From assembly GCF_014280195.1 (NCBI RefSeq), contig NZ_CP047960.1, forward strand, positions 1,410,001 through 1,442,000: a stretch of DNA of 32,000 nucleotides, given 5' to 3'. Position 1 is the first letter of the stretch, and every line of letters begins with the position of its first letter. The notes under the pieces are model-generated. The model saw only the letters and a list, made by a program, of their open reading frames with translations. It ran no database searches and had not been told where the DNA came from. Below are positions 20,139 to 30,395 of the stretch, one piece after another. The stretch is from Synechococcus sp. A15-24 (GTDB lineage Bacteria > Cyanobacteriota > Cyanobacteriia > PCC-6307 > Cyanobiaceae). Both the position numbers and the translations under genes were made by a program.

Positions 20139-21284
20139 ATGCAGCCAAACCAATGCAAATCGGCCTCGACGATGGAGATGGGGAGCGGTACATCGTTTGA
20201 CGCCTCGGGGATCCAGCCCAGCCAGAACGCCAAGATTGAAGTCATCGGTGTTGGGGGTGGGGGCAGCAATGCCGTCAACCGGATGATCCTCAGTGATCTG
20301 GAGGGTGTTGCCTATCGCGTGCTCAACACCGATGCCCAAGCCCTGATTCAATCTCAGGCACAGCATCGTCTCCAACTCGGGCAAACCCTCACACGAGGAC
20401 TTGGTGCTGGGGGTAACCCCACCATCGGTCAGAAGGCCGCCGAAGAGTCCCGCACAGACCTCCACGACGCCCTTCAAGGTTCGGATCTGGTGTTCATCGC
20501 TGCGGGAATGGGTGGTGGAACCGGAACGGGTGCCGCCCCCGTTGTCGCGGAGGTTGCCCGTGAGGTCGGAGCCCTCACCGTGGGAATCGTGACCAAACCC
20601 TTTGGTTTTGAAGGCCGCCGCCGCATGCGCCAGGCCGATGAAGGAATCGCCCGCTTGGCGGAGCACGTGGACACCTTGATTGTGATTCCCAACGATCGTT
20701 TGCGGGAAGCGATCGCCCCCGCTCCGCTTCAGGAGGCCTTTCGAAGTGCCGATGACGTGCTTCGGATGGGTGTGAAAGGCATCAGCGACATCATCACGTG
20801 CCCCGGATTGGTGAACGTCGACTTCGCCGACGTGCGTTCCGTGATGACGGAAGCAGGAACAGCATTGCTCGGCATCGGCATTGGATCCGGCCGCTCAAGG
20901 GCGGTTGAGGCCGCTCAAGCGGCTATCAGCAGCCCATTGCTGGAAACCGAGCGAATCGACGGTGCCAAGGGCTGTGTGATCAACATCAGCGGCGGCCGTG
21001 ACATGACCCTCGAGGACATGACCACCGCCTCTGAAGTGATCTACGACGTGGTGGACCCAGAGGCCAACATCATTGTTGGTGCTGTGGTGGATGAAGCCCT
21101 GGAAGGCGAAATCCACGTCACCGTGATCGCCACGGGATTTGATCAAGGTCAGCAATACCGCCGAGACCGCAGCAGTGCCAGCGGACTTCTGGTTCAGCCG
21201 CTACGGCGCGAGATTGATGAGAACGGCGCTCGGATCCCCGAATTTCTACGGCAACGCCAGCAACAGACCAACGATCCCACTTGA
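20139..21284 (+). CDS. ftsZ: cell division GTPase FtsZ
   Basis: Contains [13 protein letters not shown], the tubulin signature [13 protein letters not shown], and NVDFADV. In-frame ATGs at 20172 and 20178 are alternative starts. Confidence 0.95.
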   Translation: MQPNQCKSASTMEMGSGTSFDASGIQPSQNAKIEVIGVGGGGSNAVNRMILSDLEGVAYRVLNTDAQALIQSQAQHRLQLGQTLTRGLGAGGNPTIGQKAAEESRTDLHDALQGSDLVFIAAGMGGGTGTGAAPVVAEVAREVGALTVGIVTKPFGFEGRRRMRQADEGIARLAEHVDTLIVIPNDRLREAIAPAPLQEAFRSADDVLRMGVKGISDIITCPGLVNVDFADVRSVMTEAGTALLGIGIGSGRSRAVEAAQAAISSPLLETERIDGAKGCVINISGGRDMTLEDMTTASEVIYDVVDPEANIIVGAVVDEALEGEIHVTVIATGFDQGQQYRRDRSSASGLLVQPLRREIDENGARIPEFLRQRQQQTNDPT

Positions 21285-21428
21285 GGGAATTGGGTGACCC
21301 GGAATCCACGCCTGCTCTGAGCATCCCGTGTGGCTGCTACCTTCCGGTCCTGACCAGATTTGGGCGTCCGAGCCGCATGGCCCGAGTCCCCTTGATGCTA
21401 GCAATGAGCACTGTGGCTTCCAGAGCCC

Positions 21429-22232
21429 GTGCGTCCAGCTGATCTGATCCGACAGAAGCAGAACGGTCGAACGATCACGATCCTCACCGCCTGGGACAGT
21501 CTCTCTGCAGCCCTGGTGGAAGCCGCAGGCGCGGATGCTGTTCTGGTGGGTGACTCCCTGGCGATGGTGGCCCTCGGACATGCCACCACCCTGCCGGTAA
21601 CTCTGGATCAGATGCGGCACCACACCCTTGCGGTCAGCCGCGGATTCGCCGCAGCTCCCTCCAAGCAACCGCTGTTGATCTGCGACCTTCCCTTCCTCAG
21701 CTACCAATGCGGGGCAGACCTCGCCGTTCAGGCCGCCGGAACGCTGTTGAAGGAAACACCCGCTGCCGCCGTCAAGCTCGAGGGAGCCGAGGCTGAGGTC
21801 CTGGCCGTGATCGACCGGCTGGTGCGGATGGGGATTCCAGTCATGGGCCATCTGGGACTGACGCCGCAGGCGGTGCATCGTCTCGGCTACCGGCGGCAAG
21901 CCGAAGATCCGGTGAGTCAGGAACGGCTGCTCAACCAGGCGATTGCCCTTGAGCAGGCTGGTTGCTTCGCGCTTGTGCTCGAGCATGTCCCCTCGGCGTT
22001 GGCGGGAGAGGTGCGACGACGACTCCTGATCCCTGTGATCGGCATCGGTGCTGGAGACGACTGCGATGGCCAGATCCGCGTCACCGCGGACCTGCTGGGC
22101 CTAACGGAGCAGCAACCACCCTTCAGCCCGGCCCTGATTCCCGGGCAGCAGCTGTTTGTGGAGGCGCTGCGGTCGTGGATTTCTGCACAGACTCCCACCA
22201 CAACACCACCTCCAGCAGCACCCGATTGCTGA
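21429..22232 (+). CDS. panB: 3-methyl-2-oxobutanoate hydroxymethyltransferase
   Basis: Contains [24 protein letters not shown] and GHLGLTPQ motifs. GTG start. Confidence 0.9.
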   Translation: MRPADLIRQKQNGRTITILTAWDSLSAALVEAAGADAVLVGDSLAMVALGHATTLPVTLDQMRHHTLAVSRGFAAAPSKQPLLICDLPFLSYQCGADLAVQAAGTLLKETPAAAVKLEGAEAEVLAVIDRLVRMGIPVMGHLGLTPQAVHRLGYRRQAEDPVSQERLLNQAIALEQAGCFALVLEHVPSALAGEVRRRLLIPVIGIGAGDDCDGQIRVTADLLGLTEQQPPFSPALIPGQQLFVEALRSWISAQTPTTTPPPAAPDC

Positions 22233-23346
22233 GGGCCATCCCCTCCGGATCCCTGAGTTGCCATCGACCGGAGCACTTCTGCAGCAGTCCCTGCTCCAGA
22301 AACGGTCGCCAGCGCTCCTCCAAAGCCTGACCATCGCGACCTGTCAGAACAACACCTTCACGACGACGCAGTCCGACGAGCAACAGTTCATCGAGAGGCA
22401 TGCCAGTGCCAACGTTGAGCGGTGGAGGTGCCTCCAGCCAGCGGCGATACGCCTCCCGGGTTCGGGGGCGCGCTAGCCGTTCCCCCCTGACAGCTGAGGT
22501 GGCCCCCATACCGAAGCCCCACCAGCCGGCACCACTCCAGTACACGCGGTTGTGGCGGGAGGCATGGCCGGGACGGGCATGGTTGGAGATCTCGTAGCGG
22601 CTCAATCCAGCTGCGGCAAGCCGTGCACTGGTGTGGGCCATCAAGCGCACCGCCAGCTCTTCCTCCGGCAGGTCCAGCTCCGCCCGCTCAGCCCTGCGGG
22701 CAAACACCGTGCCTGGCTCAACGGACAGGTCATAGACCGACAGATGCGGGGCCTGACTGCCGATGGCCTGGTCCAGCTGGTCGTCCCAGTGCTCAAAGCT
22801 TTGTCCCGGCAGGTTCTGGATCAGATCAAGACTCCAGCTCTGCAGATCTCCGTCCTGATGGGCCGCATGCATCCAGCGGCAGGTCTCCAACAGATCAGCC
22901 CGTCGATGACGCCGGCCGAGGTCGATCAGAACGGCATCATCAAAACTCTGGCCACCCAAGCTGATGCGATTCACACCGGCAGCGAGCACTGCCATGAGTT
23001 GGTCCTGATCAAAGCTGGCGGGATCCATCTCAAGGGTGATTTCCGCACCCGGCTGCAGGCCGAACTGTCGACGCAGGGCTGCCAACAGTTCGGCGATCTG
23101 ATCCGCTGTCAGCAGGGAGGGAGTGCCACCACCGATGTAGACCGTCGACAACGGCGGACCGCTCGCGGCGGAAGCGATCTCGCGGTGAAGCAACCGCAGG
23201 TAATCCTCAATGGAGCGACTGCCGGGGCCCTCCCTTGCGTCCACGCGATCCCCCAGCGGCACAACAGCGAAATCGCAGTAGTAACAGCGTCGATGGCAAA
23301 AAGGAATGTGGAGATAGGCGCTGCGGGGCGGTGGTGGATAGGGCAT
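22123..23346 (-). CDS. hemW: radical-SAM heme chaperone HemW / HemN-like protein
   Basis: Begins at [26 protein letters not shown] (CxxxCxxC cluster). The 354 codons upstream in the same ORF are antisense to a real gene and are rejected. The 3' end overlaps panB convergently by 110 nt. Confidence 0.9.
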   Translation of the reverse strand: MPYPPPPRSAYLHIPFCHRRCYYCDFAVVPLGDRVDAREGPGSRSIEDYLRLLHREIASAASGPPLSTVYIGGGTPSLLTADQIAELLAALRRQFGLQPGAEITLEMDPASFDQDQLMAVLAAGVNRISLGGQSFDDAVLIDLGRRHRRADLLETCRWMHAAHQDGDLQSWSLDLIQNLPGQSFEHWDDQLDQAIGSQAPHLSVYDLSVEPGTVFARRAERAELDLPEEELAVRLMAHTSARLAAAGLSRYEISNHARPGHASRHNRVYWSGAGWWGFGMGATSAVRGERLARPRTREAYRRWLEAPPPLNVGTGMPLDELLLVGLRRREGVVLTGRDGQALEERWRPFLEQGLLQKCSGRWQLRDPEGMALSNRVLLEVVLWWESVQKSTTAAPPQTAAARESGPG

Positions 23347-23358
23347 GCTGCGAACGTT

Positions 23359-23383
23359 CGACCTGAGCTGCCACGACCTGAGC
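23359..23383. repeat. direct repeat CGACCTGAGC-N5-CGACCTGAGC in the hemW / PIN-TRAM divergent spacer
   Basis: Copies at 23359-23368 and 23374-23383, read directly from the sequence. The spacer between the two start codons is only 39 nt. Confidence 0.85.
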
Positions 23384-23385
23384 CC

Positions 23386-24531
23386 ATGGTGGATCTGCTC
23401 ATCCTGCTTCTGTTCGTGGGGTCCGGCGCTGCCGCCGGATGGCTGGGCATTCATCTGCTGCCGGAACAGCTGGTCAACCCGAACACGGATGCTGAGCAAC
23501 TGCGCCTGATCCTGACCGCGGCCGGGGGAGCAGCGGGCCTGTTGGCCGGGCTCGTGTTCAAGCGGTTGCGGGTCCGGTTGATGCAGCAGGTGCGGACCAT
23601 GCCGACGGACCTGCTGGTCAGTCGTGCAGTTGGACTCATCTTGGGCCTGCTGGTCGCCAACCTCCTGCTGCTGCCGGTGCTGCTGCTGCCGTTTGCCGGC
23701 GGCGTTGTCTTGCTGAAGCCATTGCTGGCGGTGGTGAGCAATGTGTTCTTCGGAATCCTGGGCAGCAACCTGGCCGAGGTCCACGGACGCACCCTGCTGC
23801 GCCTGCTCAATCCAGCCAGCACCGAAGCCCTGCTGGTGGCGGACGGGGTGCTGACCCCAGCGACCGCAAAAATCCTCGATACCAGCGTCATCATCGACGG
23901 CCGGATCCGAGGAATGCTCGCCTGCGGATTGCTGGAAGGTCAGGTGATCGTGGCGGAAACGGTGATCAGCGAGATGCAGCAGCTCTCCGACTCCACCAAC
24001 ATTGAAAAGCGCGCCAAGGGCCGTCGCGGCCTGAAATTGCTGAAGGATCTGCGCGAGACCTATGGCCGGCGACTGGTGATCAACAGCACGCGGTACGACG
24101 GCAACGGCACGGACGATCGCCTGTTGCAACTGGCGGATGACACCGGTGGAACCCTGGTGACCGCTGACTTCAATCTGGCTCAGGTGGCCAGTGTCAAGAA
24201 CCTCAAGGTGATGAACCTGAGTGAACTGGTGATCGCCCTGCGACCGGAGGTCCAGCCTGGCGATGAGCTCAATCTCAAGATCGTTCGCGAGGGCAAGGAG
24301 GAGAGCCAGGGAGTGGGCTATCTGGACGACGGCACGATGGTGGTGGTCAACGACGCCAAGCCATTGATCGGCCAACGAAAGCCTGTCGTCGTCACTGGAG
24401 CCCTGCAAACCCCAACCGGACGGATGGTTTTCGCCCGTCTCGGGAGCGGCACGACAGCCGCCGGTTCCAGGGTTAAGAGCAAGGGCAAACCGTCCAAAGC
24501 GAACAACCCCAAGGCCGAAGACCCCCGCTAG
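23386..24531 (+). CDS. membrane-anchored PIN + TRAM domain protein (YacL-like putative ribonuclease)
   Basis: Has N-terminal TM helices, a PIN region (ILDTSVIIDGRI..., LVTADFNLAQVA) and a C-terminal TRAM-like region (GVGYLDDGTMVVV). ATG 23386. The upstream part of the 22552 ORF is antisense to hemW. Confidence 0.85.
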   Translation: MVDLLILLLFVGSGAAAGWLGIHLLPEQLVNPNTDAEQLRLILTAAGGAAGLLAGLVFKRLRVRLMQQVRTMPTDLLVSRAVGLILGLLVANLLLLPVLLLPFAGGVVLLKPLLAVVSNVFFGILGSNLAEVHGRTLLRLLNPASTEALLVADGVLTPATAKILDTSVIIDGRIRGMLACGLLEGQVIVAETVISEMQQLSDSTNIEKRAKGRRGLKLLKDLRETYGRRLVINSTRYDGNGTDDRLLQLADDTGGTLVTADFNLAQVASVKNLKVMNLSELVIALRPEVQPGDELNLKIVREGKEESQGVGYLDDGTMVVVNDAKPLIGQRKPVVVTGALQTPTGRMVFARLGSGTTAAGSRVKSKGKPSKANNPKAEDPR

Positions 24532-24561
24532 GCTCCTGCCACACGAGTCGAGACGCGGTAG

Positions 24562-25230
24562 ATGACGACATCAGCTCCTTATTACGGCGACAGCGCTGTG
24601 ATGCGGACTCCCCCCCCGGATCTTCCCTCGCTGCTGCTCAAAGAGCGGATTGTGTACCTGGGGTTGCCCCTGTTCTCTGACGACGACGCCAAGCGTCAAA
24701 TGGGCATCGACGTGACCGAGCTGATCATTGCCCAGCTTCTCTTTCTGGAATTCGACAATCCCGAGAAACCCATTTATTTCTATATCAATTCAACTGGAAC
24801 CAGCTGGTACTCAGGTGATGCCATCGGCTTCGAAACAGAAGCTTTCGCCATCTGCGACACCCTTCGCTACGTCAAGCCGCCGGTTCACACCATCTGCATC
24901 GGCCAGGCCATGGGCACCGCAGCCGTGATTCTTTCCGCTGGCACCAAGGGGCAGCGTGCAGCACTCCCCCACTCCTCGATCGTTCTGCATCAGCCCCGCA
25001 GCGGTGCTCAGGGTCAGGCAACGGATATTCAGATCCGTGCGAAGGAGGTTCTGCACAACAAGCAGGCCATGCTTGAAATTCTCTCCACCAACACAGGGCG
25101 TTCAGTTAACGAGCTGAGCAAGGATTCCGACCGGATGAGCTACCTGACCCCGGATCAGGCGGTGGAATACGGCCTGATCGACCGCGTGCTGAGCAGCCGC
25201 AAGGAGCTGCCGAACAGCCCCGCCATCTGA
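24562..25230 (+). CDS. clpR: ClpR, proteolytically inactive ClpP paralogue
   Basis: ClpP fold, but with GQAMGTA where the paralogue downstream has AASMGA (Ser to Ala), and SDRMSY where it has TDRDYF (Asp to Met). Has an N-terminal extension. Confidence 0.9.
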   Translation: MTTSAPYYGDSAVMRTPPPDLPSLLLKERIVYLGLPLFSDDDAKRQMGIDVTELIIAQLLFLEFDNPEKPIYFYINSTGTSWYSGDAIGFETEAFAICDTLRYVKPPVHTICIGQAMGTAAVILSAGTKGQRAALPHSSIVLHQPRSGAQGQATDIQIRAKEVLHNKQAMLEILSTNTGRSVNELSKDSDRMSYLTPDQAVEYGLIDRVLSSRKELPNSPAI

Positions 25231-25274
25231 ATCCCCCATCCTCGTTTTTCACTCGTTTCTCTCATCTCTGAGCC

Positions 25275-25877
25275 ATGCCGATCGGTACTCCCAGCGTTCC
25301 CTACCGCCTCCCTGGCAGCCAGATGGAGCGCTGGGTTGACATCTACACCCGTCTGGGGGTGGAACGGATCCTGTTCCTCGGTTCCGAAGTGAATGACGGC
25401 ATCGCCAACAGCCTTGTGGCCCAGATGCTCTACCTCGATTCGGAAGACAGCAGCAAGCCGATCTACCTGTACATCAATTCTCCAGGCGGCTCAGTCACAG
25501 CCGGCCTGGCCATCTACGACACCATCCAATATGTGAAGAGCGAGGTGGTGACCATCTGCGTGGGCCTGGCCGCCTCCATGGGCGCTTTCCTGCTGGCAGC
25601 CGGAACCAAAGGCAAGCGAGTGGCGCTTCCCCACAGCCGGATCATGATTCACCAGCCGCTGGGGGGCACCAGTCGCCGTCAGGCCAGCGACATCGAAATT
25701 GAAGCCCGTGAAATTCTGCGGATGAAGGAGATGCTCAATCGCTCGCTCTCCGACATGAGCGGCCAGAGCTTTGAAAAGATCGAGAAGGACACAGACCGCG
25801 ATTACTTCCTCAGTGCCGAGGAAGCCAAGGACTACGGCCTGATCGATCGGGTGATCTCCCACCCCAACGAAGCCTGA
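25275..25877 (+). CDS. clpP: ATP-dependent Clp protease proteolytic subunit (ClpP3-type partner of ClpR)
   Basis: The Ser (AASMGAF), His (MIHQP) and Asp (DTDRDYF) triad contexts are all intact. Confidence 0.95.
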   Translation: MPIGTPSVPYRLPGSQMERWVDIYTRLGVERILFLGSEVNDGIANSLVAQMLYLDSEDSSKPIYLYINSPGGSVTAGLAIYDTIQYVKSEVVTICVGLAASMGAFLLAAGTKGKRVALPHSRIMIHQPLGGTSRRQASDIEIEAREILRMKEMLNRSLSDMSGQSFEKIEKDTDRDYFLSAEEAKDYGLIDRVISHPNEA

Positions 25878-25900
25878 CCCTCGGGACGGCCACTGCGTAA

Positions 25901-26932
<1,032 letters not shown>

Positions 26933-26936
26933 AGCC

Positions 26937-27929
26937 ATGGCGCTCCAGCCCGGAGTTCTGGCGGTTGCCGCCGCCACCGGGCTGGATTGGTTCGTGGGAG
27001 ACCCCCGCTGGATGCTGCATCCAGTGGTGGTGATGGGCTGGTGGATCCAGACCTTGCGTCGTGGATTGGAGTCGTTGGCGAGGGACGACCCCTGGAAACT
27101 TCGGCTCAGCGGTGGACTCATCACCGTGGTTCTGGTGGTCAGCAGTGGTCTGCTGGGCTGGGCAATCGAATGGGTCTGCCGCACGGCCGGTCCGATCGGC
27201 TGGCCTGTTCTGGTAGTTGCCCTGGCCAGTGCCCTGGCGGGTCGCAGCCTTTACGAGAGCGTCATGGCAGTGCTTCAGGCCCTGCCGGAACAAGCCACCG
27301 ATGAACCCACGCTGGCCCGGCAAAAACTGAGTTGGATTGTGGGCCGTGATGTGAGCGAGCTGGAGCGAGGGGGCATCCTGCGGGCCTGTGCGGAAACCGC
27401 TTCCGAAAACGCGGTCGATGGATTATTCGCGCCTCTGTTCTGGATGGCTGCAGGCTGCTTGCTGTGGCGCCTGAACCCCGCGGCGCCAGGCCCCCTGGCA
27501 CTGGCCTGGATGTTCAAAGCATCCAGCACCCTCGATTCCATGCTCGGTTACCGCACAGGCCGGCTGCGTTGGCTCGGGACTGCAGGTGCGCGGCTGGATG
27601 ATCTGCTCACCTGGCTGCCCTGCCGTGTGGTGATGGTCAGCCTGCCGCTGGTGAGCGCCCCCTGGCATCGCTGGTCTGCGTTAGTGCAAGCAGCGGAACA
27701 GGACGGAGCCCCGGATCCCTCCCCCAACGCCGGGCGTTCGGAGGCGATCTATGCCCATTGCGCTGGGGTGCGCCTCGGCGGCCGCAATCGTTACGGAGCA
27801 ACCTGGGTCGAGAAACCCTTGCTGGCGGCCGATCAGCCGGAACCCGACCGCCAAGCCATCGAAACAATCCTCAAGCTGACGATCCGCCTGGAGCTGCTCT
27901 GGATCGTTCTTCTTGGACTGACTCAGTAA
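26937..27929 (+). CDS. cbiB: adenosylcobinamide-phosphate synthase (CbiB/CobD)
   Basis: Polytopic protein with HPVVVMGWWI, ENAVDGLFAPLFW and SPNAG motifs. Starts 4 nt after the ilvC stop. Confidence 0.9.
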   Translation: MALQPGVLAVAAATGLDWFVGDPRWMLHPVVVMGWWIQTLRRGLESLARDDPWKLRLSGGLITVVLVVSSGLLGWAIEWVCRTAGPIGWPVLVVALASALAGRSLYESVMAVLQALPEQATDEPTLARQKLSWIVGRDVSELERGGILRACAETASENAVDGLFAPLFWMAAGCLLWRLNPAAPGPLALAWMFKASSTLDSMLGYRTGRLRWLGTAGARLDDLLTWLPCRVVMVSLPLVSAPWHRWSALVQAAEQDGAPDPSPNAGRSEAIYAHCAGVRLGGRNRYGATWVEKPLLAADQPEPDRQAIETILKLTIRLELLWIVLLGLTQ

Positions 27930-28540
27930 GCGCCGCGGTCCATCGGCAACAGCAGCACCCCAAAGGTGCGCAGGATGATGGCCAGATCCAGGTTGAAGGA
28001 GCGTCCCCTGGCGTAGGCGAGATCCAGCTTGACGCGTTTTTTGTAGCTGAGGTTGTTGCGGCCGCTCACCTGCCAGAGCCCAGTGAGTCCCGGACGGACG
28101 GAGGCCACTTCGTCCATGTAGGCGCCGTAGCGCTGCAGTTCCTTGTCCACGATCGGCCTAGGACCCACCACGCTCATCTGACCGCGCAGCACATTGAGGA
28201 ATTGAGGAAGCTCATCCAGGCTGGAACGGCGCAGAAAACGCCCGATGGTGGTGATGCGTGGGTCACGCTTCAGCTTGAAGTCGCGTTCGTACTCGGCACG
28301 CAGCGCCGGATCGTTCTCCAGCACCTTGGCCAGAACAGCATCCGCATCCGGACGCATCGTGCGGAACTTGATGCAGCCGAAACGCTGATAACCGCGTCCG
28401 ACGCGTCGCTGCACATAAAAGACAGGACCAGGGGAGCTCAGCTTGACCAATAGGGCCAACAAAAGCAGGACGGGTGATCCAAGACCCAGAACAGCCAGAG
28501 AGAACAGGATGTCGCCGCTGCGTTTCAGCCCCCGTCCCAT
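27923..28540 (-). CDS. polyprenyl-phosphate sugar phosphotransferase (bacterial sugar transferase family, small single-TM type)
   Basis: Contains KRSGDILFSL..., GPVFYVQRRVG, KFRTM, DELPQFLNVLRGQMSVVGPRP. I chose ATG 28540 because the 109 upstream codons of the ORF overlap the preceding gene and look non-coding. Confidence 0.85.
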   Translation of the reverse strand: MGRGLKRSGDILFSLAVLGLGSPVLLLLALLVKLSSPGPVFYVQRRVGRGYQRFGCIKFRTMRPDADAVLAKVLENDPALRAEYERDFKLKRDPRITTIGRFLRRSSLDELPQFLNVLRGQMSVVGPRPIVDKELQRYGAYMDEVASVRPGLTGLWQVSGRNNLSYKKRVKLDLAYARGRSFNLDLAIILRTFGVLLLPMDRGAY

Positions 28541-28712
28541 GCGGCTCTGCTGACGGATCAGCGTCCCGGCTGGCAACCGCGAGGGAGGTGAGGAGATCAC
28601 CGCCAGATGCGGCTTGTAAGAGCTTCGACCGATGGCCAGCCCGGCAGCCTGTCGCAAGGAAGGGCGGGAGGCCGTGATCAAAGGCTCATCTTGCGTCTCG
28701 GCATACTCAACG

Positions 28713-29942
28713 TCACAGCTGCAGGGCTGGCATCCCAGCAGGGTCACTCGCTGCAACGGCACAGCGGCTCTGATGGGCGGTCCAGGCCTGCCGGAGGGTT
28801 GCCTCAAACCGGGCCTTGAAGGCTTCAGGTCGAAACCGTTCGGCCCACTGCCGGATCGCAGCGGCATCCAGCTGCCGCCAGATCCGCTTCTGCTCGAACC
28901 AGCTCACCGCCTCCACCAGCGACCTGACGCTCTGCTGCGGGAACAGTACACCCGTGGCCTGCTCGAGACCGGTCGTGGCGCAGCGCACCGTATCCAGCAG
29001 GCCACCACGGCCGAGTCCGATCACCGGGGCTCCTGCTGCCATCGCCTCAACCGGGGCGATACCGAAATCCTCCAGCCCCGCATACACAAACGCCCGACAG
29101 GAGGACATCAGCGCTTCCACCTGCTCTTGGCTTTGGCGCCCCAGCAGGGTGACCGTGGGACCCGCCAAGGCTTCCAGGCGCTGTCGCTCAGGTCCGTCAC
29201 CCACCACCACCAACGGCATACCCAGACGATTGAAAGCTTCCACCACCAGATCCACCCGCTTGTACGGCACCAACCGGCAGAGGCAGAGATAAATGTCGTC
29301 GCGCGGGGCATCCCAGCGGAAGCGCTCCACGGCAACCGGTGGGTGCAACACCTGGGCCTGACATCCCCAAAACTTCTGGATGCGCCGGGCGGTGAAGCGG
29401 GAATTCGCCAGCAGGTGATCGACCCGCTTGGCGCTGAGCTGGTCCCACTGGCGCAGGGCATGCAGCTGCCAGCGGATCAGAGGACCGACCCCCCGCCGCG
29501 CCAATGCAGATCGGCTGAGGTATGCGTGCATCTGATCCCAGGCGTATCGCACAGGCGTGTGCACATAGCTGAGATGCAGCTGATCCGGAGCCGTCAGCAC
29601 ACCTTTGGCCACAAGATGACTGCTGCTGATCACCAGCTCGGCATCACCCAGGTCGATCTGCTCAATCGCCAGGGGCAGCAGCGGCAGATATTGCTGCACA
29701 TGGCTGATGCCCCAGGGCAACTGCTGGATCGGGCTGGTGCGGATGTTGCGCCCGGACAACCAGCTACCCGACCGTGATGACTCTCCATCAACCAGCGCCG
29801 CCAGTTGCGGCGTGCGATCGAGTTCGCACAACAAAGCATCGATCGCCTGCACCACCAGCTCAGCCCCGCCTGTGGATCGCGGTGTGAACCATTCGTGGGC
29901 CAGGGCGATGCGCTGGGGGAGATCCTCCTTTGCTGGAGCCAT
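28713..29942 (-). CDS. GT4-family (group 1) glycosyltransferase
   Basis: Has an N-terminal IALAHEWF..GGAE and a C-terminal EDFGIAPVEAMAAGAPVIG motif (E-x7-E type). ATG 29942 preferred; a TTG at 29966 is possible. Confidence 0.85.
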   Translation of the reverse strand: MAPAKEDLPQRIALAHEWFTPRSTGGAELVVQAIDALLCELDRTPQLAALVDGESSRSGSWLSGRNIRTSPIQQLPWGISHVQQYLPLLPLAIEQIDLGDAELVISSSHLVAKGVLTAPDQLHLSYVHTPVRYAWDQMHAYLSRSALARRGVGPLIRWQLHALRQWDQLSAKRVDHLLANSRFTARRIQKFWGCQAQVLHPPVAVERFRWDAPRDDIYLCLCRLVPYKRVDLVVEAFNRLGMPLVVVGDGPERQRLEALAGPTVTLLGRQSQEQVEALMSSCRAFVYAGLEDFGIAPVEAMAAGAPVIGLGRGGLLDTVRCATTGLEQATGVLFPQQSVRSLVEAVSWFEQKRIWRQLDAAAIRQWAERFRPEAFKARFEATLRQAWTAHQSRCAVAASDPAGMPALQL

Positions 29943-30018
29943 CGCGCCACTCAACCCCGAACGCAACGAAGTCTCTCAGCCCGTTGCGGCACCTGCATCT
30001 GGTGACGATGCTTGCGAC

Positions 30019-30276
30019 ATGTCCAGCACGAACACCACCATCAACCTCCTGCTCGAGGAGGCTCTGAATGAACCGGACATCGGCACCACGAATCGGTTCC
30101 GGTGGCATGCCACGGCCGTGGGCATCGCAGCGCTGTGGACTGATGACACAGCCCCGACAACACCTCCCTTCGACGACGCCCTGCAGGAGGGACTCAAGGT
30201 GGGACTTGACCTCAGTCGCGAAGAACGGGAGTTCCACCAGGTGCAACAGGGCCTGGTGCTGCTGTTTCACTCCTGA
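30019..30276 (+). CDS. small acidic hypothetical protein (85 aa)
   Basis: The 3' part of the 29707 ORF that lies outside the glycosyltransferase. ATG 30019. Its G/C-ending codon pattern resembles neighbouring genes, while the competing minus-strand ORF is Cys/Arg-rich. Confidence 0.55.
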   Translation: MSSTNTTINLLLEEALNEPDIGTTNRFRWHATAVGIAALWTDDTAPTTPPFDDALQEGLKVGLDLSREEREFHQVQQGLVLLFHS

Positions 30277-30282
30277 TCAAAA

Positions 30283-30369
30283 CGGAGAGGGTGGGATTCG
30301 AACCCACGAGGGTTTGACCCCTACACGATTTCGAGTCGTGCGCAATCAACCGGACTCTGCCACCTCTCC
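30283..30369 (-). tRNA. tRNA-Ser (anticodon CGA)
   Basis: Acceptor GGAGAGG/CCTCTCC, anticodon stem CACGA/TCGTG with loop CTCGAAA, long variable arm, T-arm GTGGG-TTCGAAT-CCCAC. Confidence 0.9.
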
Positions 30370-30395
30370 ATACGCCAAATTGGCGTGAGTTAACT

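Noticed and set aside
22123-24531. Two very long, mutually antisense ORFs (761 aa on the minus strand, 659 aa on the plus strand) that could be read as large novel overlapping proteins.
   Set aside because: Only the part of each ORF downstream of an internal Met has recognisable domains: HemW from 23346, and PIN-TRAM from 23386. The extensions are exactly antisense to the other real gene and are Arg/Gln/His/Pro-rich low-complexity sequence. They are best explained by the scarcity of stop codons on the antisense strand of GC-rich coding DNA.
26933-26936. A possible cobalamin riboswitch ahead of cbiB.
   Set aside because: Only 4 nt separate the ilvC stop and the cbiB start, which leaves no room for a riboswitch. 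I found no B12-box-like element in nearby spacers.
28541-28867. A 109-codon N-terminal extension of the sugar transferase ORF.
   Set aside because: It overlaps the 3' end of the glycosyltransferase, is Pro/Arg/Ser-rich, and sits upstream of the TM helix that normally begins this family. Met at 28540 gives a typical protein of about 205 aa.
28632-29777. A 381-aa plus-strand ORF covering the glycosyltransferase locus.
   Set aside because: It is fully antisense to a GT4 gene with clear motifs. Its translation is Arg/Gln/His/Pro-rich with no recognisable domain, so it is a GC-bias artefact.
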